Assembly: GCF_006345805.1 (NCBI RefSeq) | Contig: NC_042998.1 | Span: 102,238,001 to 102,302,000 of the forward strand | DNA length: 64,000 nt | Reading direction: 5' to 3' | Source: Octopus sinensis | Lineage: Eukaryota | In this document: in pieces, positions 26,691 through 39,564 of the stretch | How positions within the stretch are numbered: the stretch's first letter is position 1 | Layout: each line of letters starts with the position of its first letter | Notes under the pieces: model-generated | Databases searched by the model: none | Told to the model about the DNA's origin: nothing | The model's input: only the letters and a program-made list of their open reading frames with translations | Translations under genes and position numbers: made by a program

Positions 26691-28080
26691 TTACAAGACA
26701 CTCTTTCGCTACGAAAAAGCCCTGTCCTTCTTTCCTTCTATTTTTCTTTCTTTCTTACTTACTTTCTTTTTTTCTTTCTGTATATATACGCTTTTACTTA
26801 CCCAGGTCTAAGTGTCTTAAGAATACTAACAGTTGAAGAGAGATGATTTACACTGAGTTTAGAGGGAGAAATAGAGAAAGAGAGAGACAGAAGAAGAAGA
26901 GAGATATAAGGAAGGGAAAGAAAAGAAAGGAATATTTAGCGATGTGAGCGCAGGTAAATACAAAACATTATACATCCATATAATTTATGTGCACACACAT
27001 ATGTATTATAGTATTATACTGGGAGCTTAAATAGGTTGCTGAATAATTAATGGATATTTAGGTGGAGGATAATGGAAGTCACGCTAGTGGATTAGATGTC
27101 GGTATGCTAGAGACGGTGAAAATATTATTTTCAGATTGAAGTATAGTTTTTTTTTTCTTTTTTTCTTTTATTCATGTTTTTATTTTTTATTAATTTTTAT
27201 TTTGCGTATGAGCCATAGTGTAAATAGTGGTTACCTAAGATGTTAAAGATATGTTCGTAACTAGCAGTTTATATACATGAGTTCATAAATTACACTGAGT
27301 CTTAGACGAATTGAGCTAATATTAGAGAGAATAAGAAAGTATAGGGGACGATGAAGAGAAGGGTAAAGAAGCGAAGTGCAAGAACAAGAGAAGGCACGTC
27401 CGCAGAGAAAAAGAGTAAATATCAATTTACATATAATACGCTTTATACTTATTTTGTGACTAACACTTTAATGTTTGAAGGTATTGAATTTGTTGCAATT
27501 TATAAAATTCATACTTTCTAAGTCATTCGTCACTAACTAGAGGCTTTCTATTTATATTTTATTTGTTTCATAATGCCTAAGGAAATAATTTTCTTAATTA
27601 TCTAACAACGTTACTACTCTCTTGCTACAACAGCGTCTCTCCTTAGTTGGTCTTTGTGTCGTTTGTATTTGAAGGTTTATTCTGCCTGCTTATCATATCT
27701 TACAAATGATTAAGGGTAATGAATCGTTCATGTTGCACGAGTGACAAATAAGAGTAGTGGTCAGATGTGCGAAATGCAGGAGAATAATGACCTATTTCTC
27801 TCTAAAGACATAGCTATTTTAATCAAAGTAAAAATAAATTTCTCACATAAATTATACATATTTTATCAATGTTCCCAACACACACACGCACGCACACACA
27901 CGCACACAAATATAAGTAAACATATATAAAATCAAGTATTAGACTCTTTCTTCTCAAATTATTGTCGCTCACGTAACATTTATAAATTACATATATACAC
28001 TAATTATATATATATATATATGTATGAATGTAGTTCGGTATGCATGTATGAATGTATGTAAGCATGTGTACATATATATA

Positions 28081-28113
<33 letters not shown>

Positions 28114-28399
28114 AGTGTTTGTGTGTGTGTGTATTTATTTATATGTATTTCGTGTAATCATGTTTGGGCAGGGTGAGATATTATCTTACTTGGAAAAAAG
28201 CAAGGATTGTCGAGGGGGTGGGCATCTGAGTTACGAAATCTTTTGAACCATGTGACCATGCAACACTGAATATCTCATATGCATATATATATATATATAC
28301 CGGAGTAAACACATAAATGTGAAACAAGGTGGAAAAAAGAGTACTCAAATACCAGTGGTAGAGTAATATGCTTTATTTAAAGCAGCAGAAAATTCAACA

Positions 28400-28445
28400 A
28401 AATCTGTTACTCTGAGTTTCTCGTTGCCGTTCATCAGACAGTTTT
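28400..28445 (-). ncRNA. Minimal hammerhead ribozyme
   Basis: Reverse complement of 29759-29805. Confidence 0.65.
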
Positions 28446-29758
28446 TGCTAGAATGGAACCGATATATCAATTCAATCCAGACTCTTACAAACGCTACACC
28501 TTTAAAAAAAAAAAAAAACTATTAGAAAAACTGTACATTTTATTCAAAGACAATAATTCTTTGAATCAAAGAAGTGAGCTAATGAACTTATGTAGACACG
28601 CAACCAAATTTAAAATGTCAAATATAAATATACCATATGGATAGTGTATATATTTTGTATTTCTGATTTTTGAAATTTTGATTTTGACTCTTGGACTAGT
28701 GTGTAAACGCGACGATGGATTTGTTTCGCGCTATGCAGATTTCATTCCGTATAGCAAAGTCTTATATTTCTACATATACATTAGGAAAAACCTTCGGCTT
28801 TGTTTATTTCATGTTATTGTATTGTATAGGATTACCTTGATTTTTAATTTATAGATGATCCAAAATAGGGTGTTATATTTTATGTCTTTCGTATATCTTC
28901 TCATTATTGCACTCATCTTTTTTTAAAAATCAATGTTGTCAAAAATTAGAATTTTGATATAAATATGTGTATAGCCATGGATATGTATTTGTAAGCATGC
29001 GTCTATGTGTATGTGTAAGTGAGCGTATGTTTGTGCTTAAGCACACACATACACGACTGTATGTGTATGTATCCATTCGAACTTGTGTATTTGTATACTT
29101 GTCTCCATATATGTCAATAACGCGGTTACACAGCTTGTATACATAATTTTTCTTATTTCGTTTTTTCCCCACCCCTCCTTTTTCTTTTTTCCTTCCCCTT
29201 CTTCGTTCCTTTTTCTCTCTCTCTTCCTTTCTTTCGTTTTTTCTCTAACTGATACTGATACAACTTTACGTCCCCCTTACTTAAGCTTTACTACGTAAAT
29301 GAGAAACGTTACATCGATGATTTTAACTTGCGTGCGAGATAGATTGCGTACATATATGTATGCATGCATTTGTGTGTATATTTTAGATTTATATTTATAC
29401 GTCTGTATATGTATGGCGTTTGCACGCATCCTTCTGTGTATGTTGATATATATATGTACACTTTAATATGAATATGTATTGCAGTGTAATATTTATAATG
29501 AGTTTTAATTTCTATGCATTAATGATATTTTCTTCATTAACGTCAATATGTATTTTATTCAATGTAAGGTTTTTTCCTCGAATTTTACAATTTTTATAAT
29601 TTTTTTATATATATATACATATATTTTTGAGCTCATTTTTTGTTTATCGCTCGAAGAATGACCATTTTCTAAAGGGCCAATCAAACAAGTCCATTTTTTT
29701 AAAGGTGTAGCGTCTGTAAGAGTCTGGATTGAATTGATATATCGGTTCCATTCTAGCA

Positions 29759-29805
29759 AAAACTGTCTGATGAACGGCAACGAGAAACTCAGAGTAACAG
29801 ATTTT
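29759..29805 (+). ncRNA. Minimal hammerhead ribozyme
   Basis: aaaactgt CTGATGA aCG gcaa CGa GAAA CTCaGAG TA acagattt. There is an A-A mismatch at the base of stem II. Confidence 0.65.
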
Positions 29806-29832
29806 GTTGAATTTTCTGCTGCTTTAAATAAA

Positions 29833-29866
<34 letters not shown>

Positions 29867-29869
29867 GTA

Positions 29870-30646
29870 ATTAAAAAGCAGCAAAAATATCACAACAAAA
29901 CTGTTACTCAGAGATTCATGTTCCCGTTCGTAGGACAGTTTTGTTTAGAATGGAACAAAAATAAGGTTATATGAAAAAATATACAAGTAGTTTGAGAGGT
30001 ACTCATTTGAAAATGGTTTTGTTTCATTGTTCCTCTCAACTAACGGTCTCTTTTCAATAACCGTTTGCATGCAATAACAAATTGCGATAAAAATCGTATT
30101 AGTATAAAAATCGAAGAAAACCTTATATAAAACTTAGCTTATAAAGAATGACAAGGCCTGAATACCCAGGTTAAATAATTAGCTGTAAAATATTTATCAA
30201 TTAATAAATTAAAAGATATATCCGTTAAAAATTTTTTCACGCGAGATTACATATGCAGTTAGTAGTATATAAAATATTAACATTTTACAGCTAATTATTT
30301 ACTCTTGGCATTCAGGCCTTGTTCTTATCTATAAGATATTTTTGATTTAAGGTTTTCTTCGATTTTTATAATAATATGCTTTTATGCAGTAAATTGTTGA
30401 AGAAAACCAATGCGACAAAACCGTTTTGAAATGTGTATCTATCAAATTAATTGCATATTTTTGCTTTTTGCATATAACGCTATGTTTGTTCTATTCTAAA
30501 GAAAACTGTCCGACGAGCGGGAACGTGAAACTCTGAGTAACAGTTTTGTAATTTTAGTACTGCCTTTTAATAAAGCATATAATTCCAGCTCTGGTATTCG
30601 AGTACAATCTTTTCCACCTTATTACGCCTTTATGTGCCTACTCTGG

Positions 30647-30650
<4 letters not shown>
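29870..30650. mobile_element. Older inverted PLE pLTR pair
   Basis: A degenerate HHR at ~29897-29942(-), an HHR at 30502-30547(+), and internal inverted arms 30100-30195 / 30280-30375. Confidence 0.65.
30502..30547 (+). ncRNA. Minimal hammerhead (U4C variant)
   Basis: aaaactgt CCGACGA GCG ggaa CGT GAAA CTCtGAG TA acagtttt. Confidence 0.6.
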
Positions 30651-30695
<45 letters not shown>

Positions 30696-30704
30696 TGAGT
30701 TTTA

Positions 30705-31130
30705 ATTCTAAAATGCGTGATAAAGCTAATAAATAGCGCGATGAGGATAAAATATCCATACATTGCAGAAAAATACGTTACCCACCGCCGATGAGACTCG
30801 AACTCACAAATCTGTGAGCTAAACTACCCAGTAACGAATTCTTCGGCAATTTTAGAACTTATAAATATGACTTCATAAGACGCGAACCTTAACTTCAACT
30901 TATGATAGAATACTTCCATCATAAGTTGGATTTAACCTTAGCGTCTTATGAGGTGAAAATATATATGTTCTAAATTTGCAGAAGAGTTCGTTACTGGGCA
31001 GTTTAGGTTAATGATAAAGCACTTGACGCGTAATCACAGATGTGAGTTCGAGTCTCATTGCTCGTATTTGTCTGCAATATATCGATAATTTATCCTGATT
31101 TCGCTATTTATTGGCATTATCACGCGTCAG
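30705..31130. repeat. Degenerate ~425-bp palindrome with a tRNA-like B-box in each arm
   Basis: attgcagaaaaatacg (30762) pairs with cgtatttgtctgcaat (31078). The B-box-like gagttcgagtctc occurs on opposite strands, and the centre is near 30911. Confidence 0.65.
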
Positions 31131-31210
31131 AGAAAAATATATTTCTGTATCTTTCAATACATCTCAACGCTTCTAAAACAAACCTTGTTACTTTACTTCA
31201 TCGTAAGTTG

Positions 31211-31279
<69 letters not shown>

Positions 31280-32014
31280 TCTTTTTCTTTGTTTGAGTCA
31301 TTAGACTACGGCCATGCTGGGGAACCGCCTTGATTTTTTTTGTCGAGTGGATCGACCGCAATATTCTTTTTTCGCCGAAACCTTAAGTTACGGGGTTATA
31401 GACAGTTACGTGGCTATATGGTAGGGGGGCAAATATAGACACTATTACACACACACGCGCACACGCACACATACACACACGCGCACACACACATATATAT
31501 ATATATTTATGTATGTATGCATTATTCGTGGCAGCTGTGTATGTGTATGTGTGTATGTGTATGTGTGTGTGTCTCTTCAAACTTGCCTCTGACTTACCAC
31601 TGTTGCTGCTCCTATTTTCAACAACATTTTGAAAAGTCTGATTTTATTTGAGGTAGAAGCATATAACTTCGAAAGTGTTATCCTTGAAGTGAGTAGTAAT
31701 TCGAAAAGACTAGCCTCTACAGCACTGTTTGGCTTCATTCTTTTCTACTCTAGGCAAAACCTTTATTATTACTATTATTAAGTGTATCCTTATCAGACGG
31801 ATAGTCATAATGGATATATTGTAGTTCGTGTATTTGTAACCCAGTGTAACTTTGATGGTATGCACTGCTCTCTCACTCAGTAACAACTAGCAGTATAACC
31901 CGGCCTTGCCCGGGATTAAGTTACGATAATGAAGTTCATCAAGTTCTTTATTTCAAACCAAACTACGTAATATAGACGTCAAATTTAGGCGAAATCAGTT
32001 CAAATTAGTTATAT

Positions 32015-32051
<37 letters not shown>

Positions 32052-32367
32052 TCCTTTAATTTCTTCGCAGGAAGTGCTAGTTCGACGAGTCGTGTTCTGT
32101 CCTCACCTTCGAAACACGCTGGAGTTGAACTAGGGACAGCTGATGAAGGGGATGTTTCCTTGTGTAGTTTGTCTAGAACTCTGTTTTTTTTCTTTGTAAA
32201 AAAAGGTTCGTTCCATGCTTGTTTTTACGTGTTCGTTCTTGTTGAGTTCTGCGTCTATTTGTGGTATCCTGTTCTCACGTATATATATTTATATATGCAT
32301 GTATATATACATGTAGATGTAGGTACGTACATATTTGTATGTATGTATGCATATATTTGATTTATTA

Positions 32368-32413
<46 letters not shown>

Positions 32414-32743
32414 TATATATATATTATATATATATATATTATATTATATATATATATTATAATATATGACTTTTGATTTTTTGATTTTTCCAGTTTCAGC
32501 TCATGAGCTGTGGCCATGCTGGGGCACCGCCATTTATATATATTATATATTGCATATATATATATATAATATAATATAATATAATATAAATATATATGGG
32601 CAAAAGACACGAACACATACACGCACGTACGTACGTACACCTATTGCATGTTTTGTGCACGCATACATGTTCATAAACAGAATTGAATGGGGAAAATGCT
32701 GTTAAATTTGTAGATTAACGCTCGAACGATTTTCACTATTGGA

Positions 32744-33340
32744 CAAGAAACAATAAATCATATTATCTCTGGCTGCTCCGTCCTGGCTAAGAAGGAATAT
32801 ATTCACAGACACAACAGAGTTGGGACCATCATACACTGGAAGCTATGCCAACATTATGGAATAACAACAGAAAAAAGATGGTATAGGCACAAACCAGAAA
32901 AGGTCACAGAAAACGAGAAAGCAACCATACTCTGGGATATGCCAATACACACAGATAGAGAATTTAAGGCCAACAGACCAGATATACTTGTCAGAGATCA
33001 TGAAGAAAAAAGTGCTTTCTAATTGATGTAGCAATACCAGCAGATGACAACATGTGTCTAAAAGAAATGGAGAAATTTTCAAAACACAAAAACCTGGAAA
33101 TAGAGGTAACTCGAATGTGGAATCTAAAAACAAAATCAATTCCTATCATAGTAGACGCATTAGGTATGATAAAAAATATTCAGACAAATACATAACAAAA
33201 ACACCAGGACTTACAAACACATATAACATACAGAAAATTGCACTACTGAGCACTGCACACATCCTACGCAAAACACTTTCAATACAGTAACCATCAGAGC
33301 ATCACAATAAATCACAGCACATACCCAAGGCACACAGACT
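32744..33340 (+). mobile_element. R4/Dong-type LINE 3' fragment (CCHC/RLE region)
   Basis: Near-identical to 54160-54750; ETINHIISGC..RHNRV..RPD..LIDV. Confidence 0.85.
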
Positions 33341-33378
33341 GACAGATAGAAGCTAGAAAGGCTGATTTAGTGGTGGTG

Positions 33379-33393
33379 ATAGTAGTAGTGGGG

Positions 33394-33487
<94 letters not shown>

Positions 33488-33488
33488 C

Positions 33489-33526
<38 letters not shown>

Positions 33527-33530
33527 ATAG
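33379..33530 (+). repeat. (TAG)n microsatellite
   Basis: Direct reading. Confidence 0.95.
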
Positions 33531-34933
33531 TGCCAGATAATTGTCATTACAGTCCCAAATGATGAAATGACCAATATGAGAAGTGAAGAAATAATGGTAA
33601 CTTACCAGGACCTACTCATTCAAGTACAGATGGATAGAAGAAATAGGTATGAACTCCAGTTTTGTACAGCTGCAGAAAACAGTTTTATTAGGGACAGCTA
33701 CGATACTGAGGAGGGTTCTTGGCATCTAAGGTTACGTGTTGTAGCCCGATGTTAGGGTTTTTTCTTTTCCAACATTCTAAGCTGTTGTGTGTATATGAAT
33801 AATAATAATTAATGTATGTCGCAGTGTAACCTGTAACATGGTCAGTGCCTTGACCACTAGACGACAATCCCACTAAACCTACTTGGGGAGAAGGGTGGAA
33901 TTTTTGAATGCCTGCAAAATAAAAAATCAGAACCCAGTAAACGGGAGAGGACCTCAGGAAAGTCATAGTCCACCGAAATTCAGGCAGACAGATACTCTTA
34001 GTGTTGGTTGGCAGTATGTCTAGAAGCGGCACTTACTTAAATACTGTGTTTTTAGGGGTCGGTAGTAACCTTGGTACAAGCCGTCAGTAGCTAACGTCTC
34101 CATCCTTGTGATGAAGGGGGATAAACAACGATTCAGTAGAGGTTAACAAACAATGGTTGCATGAAGATTCAGGACATTGACTCTTGACACTAACTTTTTT
34201 TCCGATGAGAACCATGGGCATCACGTAAATGGCAAGTTTCCATTGCCCTTGACGTTCAAAGATAATAACAGCTCTTCAATCATTATTGAAAATCTTTTTA
34301 CAGATAGTGTCTCGATAAAAGTACTGGCTGGTGGCTAACGGTAGGACTGAAACTCGATATTGGTTGAAAATACCCTATAGAAGTGTATCGAATAATGGCT
34401 TTAATAAGGCTGGAACCAACGGTGAAGGTTTTTTTTTTTCTGCCTTCGGCTCCCCTACGGTTGAACAGCGCAGGCCCGGTTGTCATCCAGCGTTTGCTCA
34501 AACTGAAAGTCAAGAGCGGAGAAAAAAGGTGGAAACATGTGGCAAATCATATAATTGAGTACTGGATAAGAAGTGAATCCAGTAGAAGGGAATACCGATC
34601 AGGCAAGCGCAATAAATAGTCGATTAGCTGATTTAGACGCTGAATGAATAAAAAGGAATATAGAAAACATTGACAGTATTGAACCAGCAACGATAGTGTA
34701 AACTGAAGATGGAGAAATGAATGGTGAGTGAAGATGTAGGATAAAGTGTAAATGCATTGGCAGCAAACGAAAGGAAAGTTGTAGGAAGGGATAAATTGCA
34801 AGGATACAATTATCATCTACAAAACAGAGTGGGATGATGTGTCGATATATTAGAAAAGACCAAGATCAAAACTTCTCAGTCCGAGATATGTGGAATGGTG
34901 TTAGCTAAAAGCAAAATGTTAGCTAAAAGCAGA

Positions 34934-34989
<56 letters not shown>

Positions 34990-37240
34990 GGGACATTGGT
35001 GAAGTTGATGGATTAAAAAGAGAGGAAACGCAAACTGAAAGCGTGAAAACGGTTAGAAGGAACATATAGAATAAATGATAAAAAGTAAGATGTATTATTG
35101 GAAGGACTGAAACAAAGAGCAGTAGCAATCAAGGCAAAATTGGGAAGGTACAACAGTCCAAAACAATGAAACAGATCAAATTGCTTGAAGCCAGAGCAAA
35201 CTGCTGAATTTGATGGCTAAGCAAATGGAAGCAGAGCGTTTTATTTTGTTGAGGAGCTCTGGGATCAGCCCGTAGAGCATAGTGATATTGCAGATTGGCT
35301 GCAGGAAATCCAAGATAGAAATAGTGCACGACTACATAAGACAAGTTCGAAAAAGATAAAGGGTCATATAAATAAAATACCAAGTTGGAAGGGCTTAGAG
35401 CCGGATGGTGTCTAATGGTATTAGATGAAGAAGGTGAGAGGGATCCATGAAAGGATGGCAGAACAGTTGGATAGCTGTTTGCAGGAAGGCTTAGTTTCCA
35501 GTTGATGAAAAGAGTAGAGGCATTGTTATGCGTCAAAAAATTTCGAAAGCGTAACATGGTATCAAGCGTTAGACTAATAATGAGTATTCTGCATATGCAA
35601 AAAGTACTGCCTGCTGTTTTGACCGCTAAACTGTTCGGATACTTAGGAAAATATGGGCTGCTACCAGTGGAAAAAAATGGGTGTCAAAAGAAAAGCTAGG
35701 GAATAAACAATCAGTTATTAATTAACAAACTAATGATGAGAAACTATTAGAGGAGAGCATGGTATGGATTGATTACCGTAAGGCATAAAATATTGAAATG
35801 TATGGAGGAGCAGAAAACATGACAATCCTTATATGGAACAGTTTGAAATGTTGGAGAACTGAACTGACAGAAGGAAATCAATTGTTAGAAGACTTCCTGG
35901 GGTACAGTTACCCCATTGATCTTTGTGCCGAGAGTGATTCCCTTGAGTGAAATATTGCGGAAGACAAAGTTAGGGCATGACCTGGGAAGCGGTAAAGGAA
36001 AGATTAATCACCTGCTCTTTATGGATGATTTGAAGTTGTTCATAAGAAGTCAGGCAGGATTAGACAGTTTAGTCCAATACTGGGCAGAGTTTTTCAAATC
36101 ATATAAAGGTGTAGTTTGGACTTTCAAAATATGCTGTAACGATAATGAGACGAAGGACGTTTGTCAGAAAGGAAAGTATAAGTAAGATAAGTGGTAAAAT
36201 TATGAAGGCAGTTGAACCTGAATCCGGATATAGATAGCTAGGAATATTTGAGGTAGATGGAGTTAATAATGATGATGAAAGAAAGCATAAAGAAAGAGTA
36301 TCTGCGTCGATTGAGAAATATATTGGATTCAAAGTTGAAAACCAGAAACATAAATTTAGCAATACGCTCCACAAGTTGCAGTGGTTCGGTATGGAGCCAG
36401 AATACTGAAGTGGAGAGAGGATGAGCTAAATGGGTTGGACTGGAAGACAAGAAAGCCTCTAACCACATGTGGAGCTCATTATTCACGTCTATACATGAAG
36501 AGAGAAAATGAAGAAAGGGGACTGTATGGAAATGCGGAGCTGCTGAGATATCTAACCCAAAGTGTAGAAATCTAACTTGTGGCAGTTAGTGATGATGGTT
36601 TATAGAAAGCAGACAAAAAAGGGGGAAAACGAAACAAGATGTGCAAGAATGTCATGAAGAAGCACTGCACAAGTTTCTACTCAATCAATTCCATGCAGCT
36701 ACGAATGAAGTTGCTGTAAAATATAGGCGGGACCGAGTGAAAAAAGGAACACTGAAGATAATGACAGGAAGCACCATACTGGCAGCACATGACTAAGCTC
36801 TGGTAAATAATTTGAGAGTCAAACTTAGGAATAAGCAAGTGTTTCCATTGTGCCGAATCTATAATAGAGTTAACGAAACCAGGCCATATCGTGACCGAAT
36901 GCGCTACACTAGTCCAAAATCACTATAAGATGCTACATTGGTAACTTTGTGGAAAGGGAAAATAAAGGCAATACGTCGTATGAGCACGACAAGTGTTAGA
37001 GCACAACAAACTGAATCTACTGGTGGTAACCAAGGTGAACCACTTGTGCTATACAATTCACGTTGCATGCCTCTTTGACCCACGAATAACCAGGAAGGAA
37101 GGCAAGAAGAATTGACTATGGAAAATAAAGATGAAGAGAGTGACAATTAATGTAGGGCCTTGGGGACAGTTTGAAATGTCATCGCGAGAAATATCAAGGA
37201 AATCGATATAGATACTTTACAGGAAAATTTCGATTAGATG
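33530..37240 (+). mobile_element. Heavily decayed R4-clade (RLE) non-LTR retrotransposon, a second family
   Basis: RT motif GKINHLLFMDDLKLF at ~36.0 kb, LPVEKNGC, SRLYMKRENEERGL, and a PLCRI..ET zinc-knuckle remnant at ~36.85 kb. Boundaries are approximate. Confidence 0.7.
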
Positions 37241-39161
37241 TCTTAATCTGAAATAGAATTATTCTTTAGAATTTTAAAGAAGTATTCTCAGAATCAAAGA
37301 CATACTTTTTGTGAAAAATATTTTATCGCAAGTTGTTTTTGATATATTTTTACTTCACATTCGTTCACAAAAACTAAGTTATTTCTCCTCTGCATTAAGA
37401 AAAATACCGACGTGTTGAGAAATTTCAATATAAAAGAAAATATATCATATAATACTACAAATCTGGTGAAAATTCAGTACCATATTTTACTCATAGACGC
37501 ATATCGTGCAATTATCAAAGGTACGAGGAATATTTTTTAGAGATCAACAAAAACAACTTCACCGATGATAGAAGTATATAAAATGACTACTAAGCCGAAA
37601 ATATATAAAGCAGTTTACCTTCCGATAAAACACATAATTATCGTAATTCAGCAGAATATAAATGCAGTGCAATGCACTATGCTTCTTAGCAGAATTACTC
37701 TGCCGTAATCAAATCACCTAATTATACATTGGATTTCATATCGGGAAAATGAATGAAATATATTTGAGCTTAAAATTATTATGCTAAATCCTCAATATTT
37801 GAAATCTGTTCGGAAACCATAAAAAGAAAATGTATCGAAAAACGATAGTATATGTGGACCTTAAAATCATTACTGTTCAGAAACAATATTCGACAACAAA
37901 TAAATCGGAAAATAGACATGCAAATAGAGGTGATTTTCCCGCTCGTGGTAAAAAAATCTTACATCACAAAATTGCGAGTTTTCGTAGAAAGCTTACAATT
38001 GAAGAATAAGATTTTTAATTCGTGCAGAAGTTAGGTAAAAATATAAACGTGGCAAATACATAGATTCCAGAAAAAGTATATATTCGGGAAATTTGAAATG
38101 CTTAGATTTGACAAAGCAATTCAAATGAAAATACTGTATGAAGATAGCTAAAAACATTAATGGAATTTAAGCACTAAAACAACAAACTTAGGAATGTTTC
38201 CATTAATCCTTCCCTTAAATAAAAGACAGAATCATTTATAGGTAAAAGCCCAATAGGGCAAACGCATTAACGTACAAGATCATAAACGTCCATTATGTAA
38301 CAATTGCAGACATAGAGATTTAAAGGAAATTGTGTATCACCTAGAGTAGACAAAATCCATATTTTCTACAAATGCAACAAAAGTATCCCATCAGTGTATC
38401 AAAATATAACCAAAATAATATCATGCCAGCAGCAATAAGAATCAGACGAACAGACAAGCCTAAATACTAAAGTTAAGTTACGGCATTTCTACATTCAACG
38501 AGTGCATAATATCAACACTAAAAGAAAATATATACCGAGCTGGCTTGTATGATTGTAAAGACGATCTACCTAGATATAAGACAATATCAAAGTGGTCACC
38601 AATACTAGCACGAGAACACACTATCTTGACAGTCCATGACTAAAATAACCTTCATATATCCTTGAGTCAATGATGATATTCTAATTAATATCAATGTTTG
38701 TGTTATACGAGGAAAGTAATATTCAAAACGAATCAGACGTGTGTTACTAAATCACTAAAGATGTCTTAGAATATCATAACTTTATTATTATAAATCAGAC
38801 GGAGCTATTTCGCCTCGGGAATTCTGTTAAATTCATTTTTTGTCTAATTAACTATAATAAGCCAGTCATATTTACGATGTATTAGAGAAAAAACAAAAAA
38901 GCAATGTATTTGATTTAAAGGTGTCTATTTTACGTTGAAAGTTCAAATAAAAAAAAAAAATTCGCGAAATACAATATTGCAATGTTTGTTAAAAAATACA
39001 TATAATTTAAGATGACAGTTGAATTACTTTTCGTACATGCTCAATAATTGGGAAATGATTAGGTTTCAGACTGCTTGTGAGTGTAAGTGTCTTACTCTAT
39101 GTGTTATGTGTCCAAGTGTACATAGATGCATACATATATACATACATACATATGTATATAT

Positions 39162-39228
<67 letters not shown>

Positions 39229-39299
39229 AACACATTCATATATAAATGTATAAATGAAATATGTATATATATGTGTGTGTGCATATATATAAATATAAT

Positions 39300-39440
39300 A
39301 ATAATGGCCGTCCAATCGTGACCGAGGAAGACTATTGCCGACCTCCAGGAACATTGTGCACTCTAGGACTAACTTATATTTTGCATTTGCGGCTCCGTTG
39401 GTGGCTAATGAGCCCTGCTCTTGACAAGCATACACATTCA
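39300..39440 (-). mobile_element. Short RTE-type 3' end fragment
   Basis: CLSRAGLISHQRSRKCKI* (RTE terminal zinc-finger-like motif) plus a short 3' UTR ending in an (AT)-rich tail. Confidence 0.55.
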
Positions 39441-39482
39441 TATATAAATGTATAAATAAAATATGTAACGTGTATATATATA

Positions 39483-39564
<82 letters not shown>

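Larger units (their letters stand above)
28300..29850 (+). mobile_element. 5'-truncated Penelope-like element with inverted 5' pLTR
   Basis: LLEKLYILFKDNNSLNQRSELMNLCRHATKF (PLE C-terminus) starts at ~28519. Segment 28370-28503 is the reverse complement of 29700-29840. HHRs lie at 28400-28445(-) and 29759-29805(+). Confidence 0.8.

Noticed and set aside
32070-32170. ctgatgaagg and cgaaac near each other
   Set aside because: They are in the wrong order and give no consistent stems I-III. At most this is a broken pLTR.
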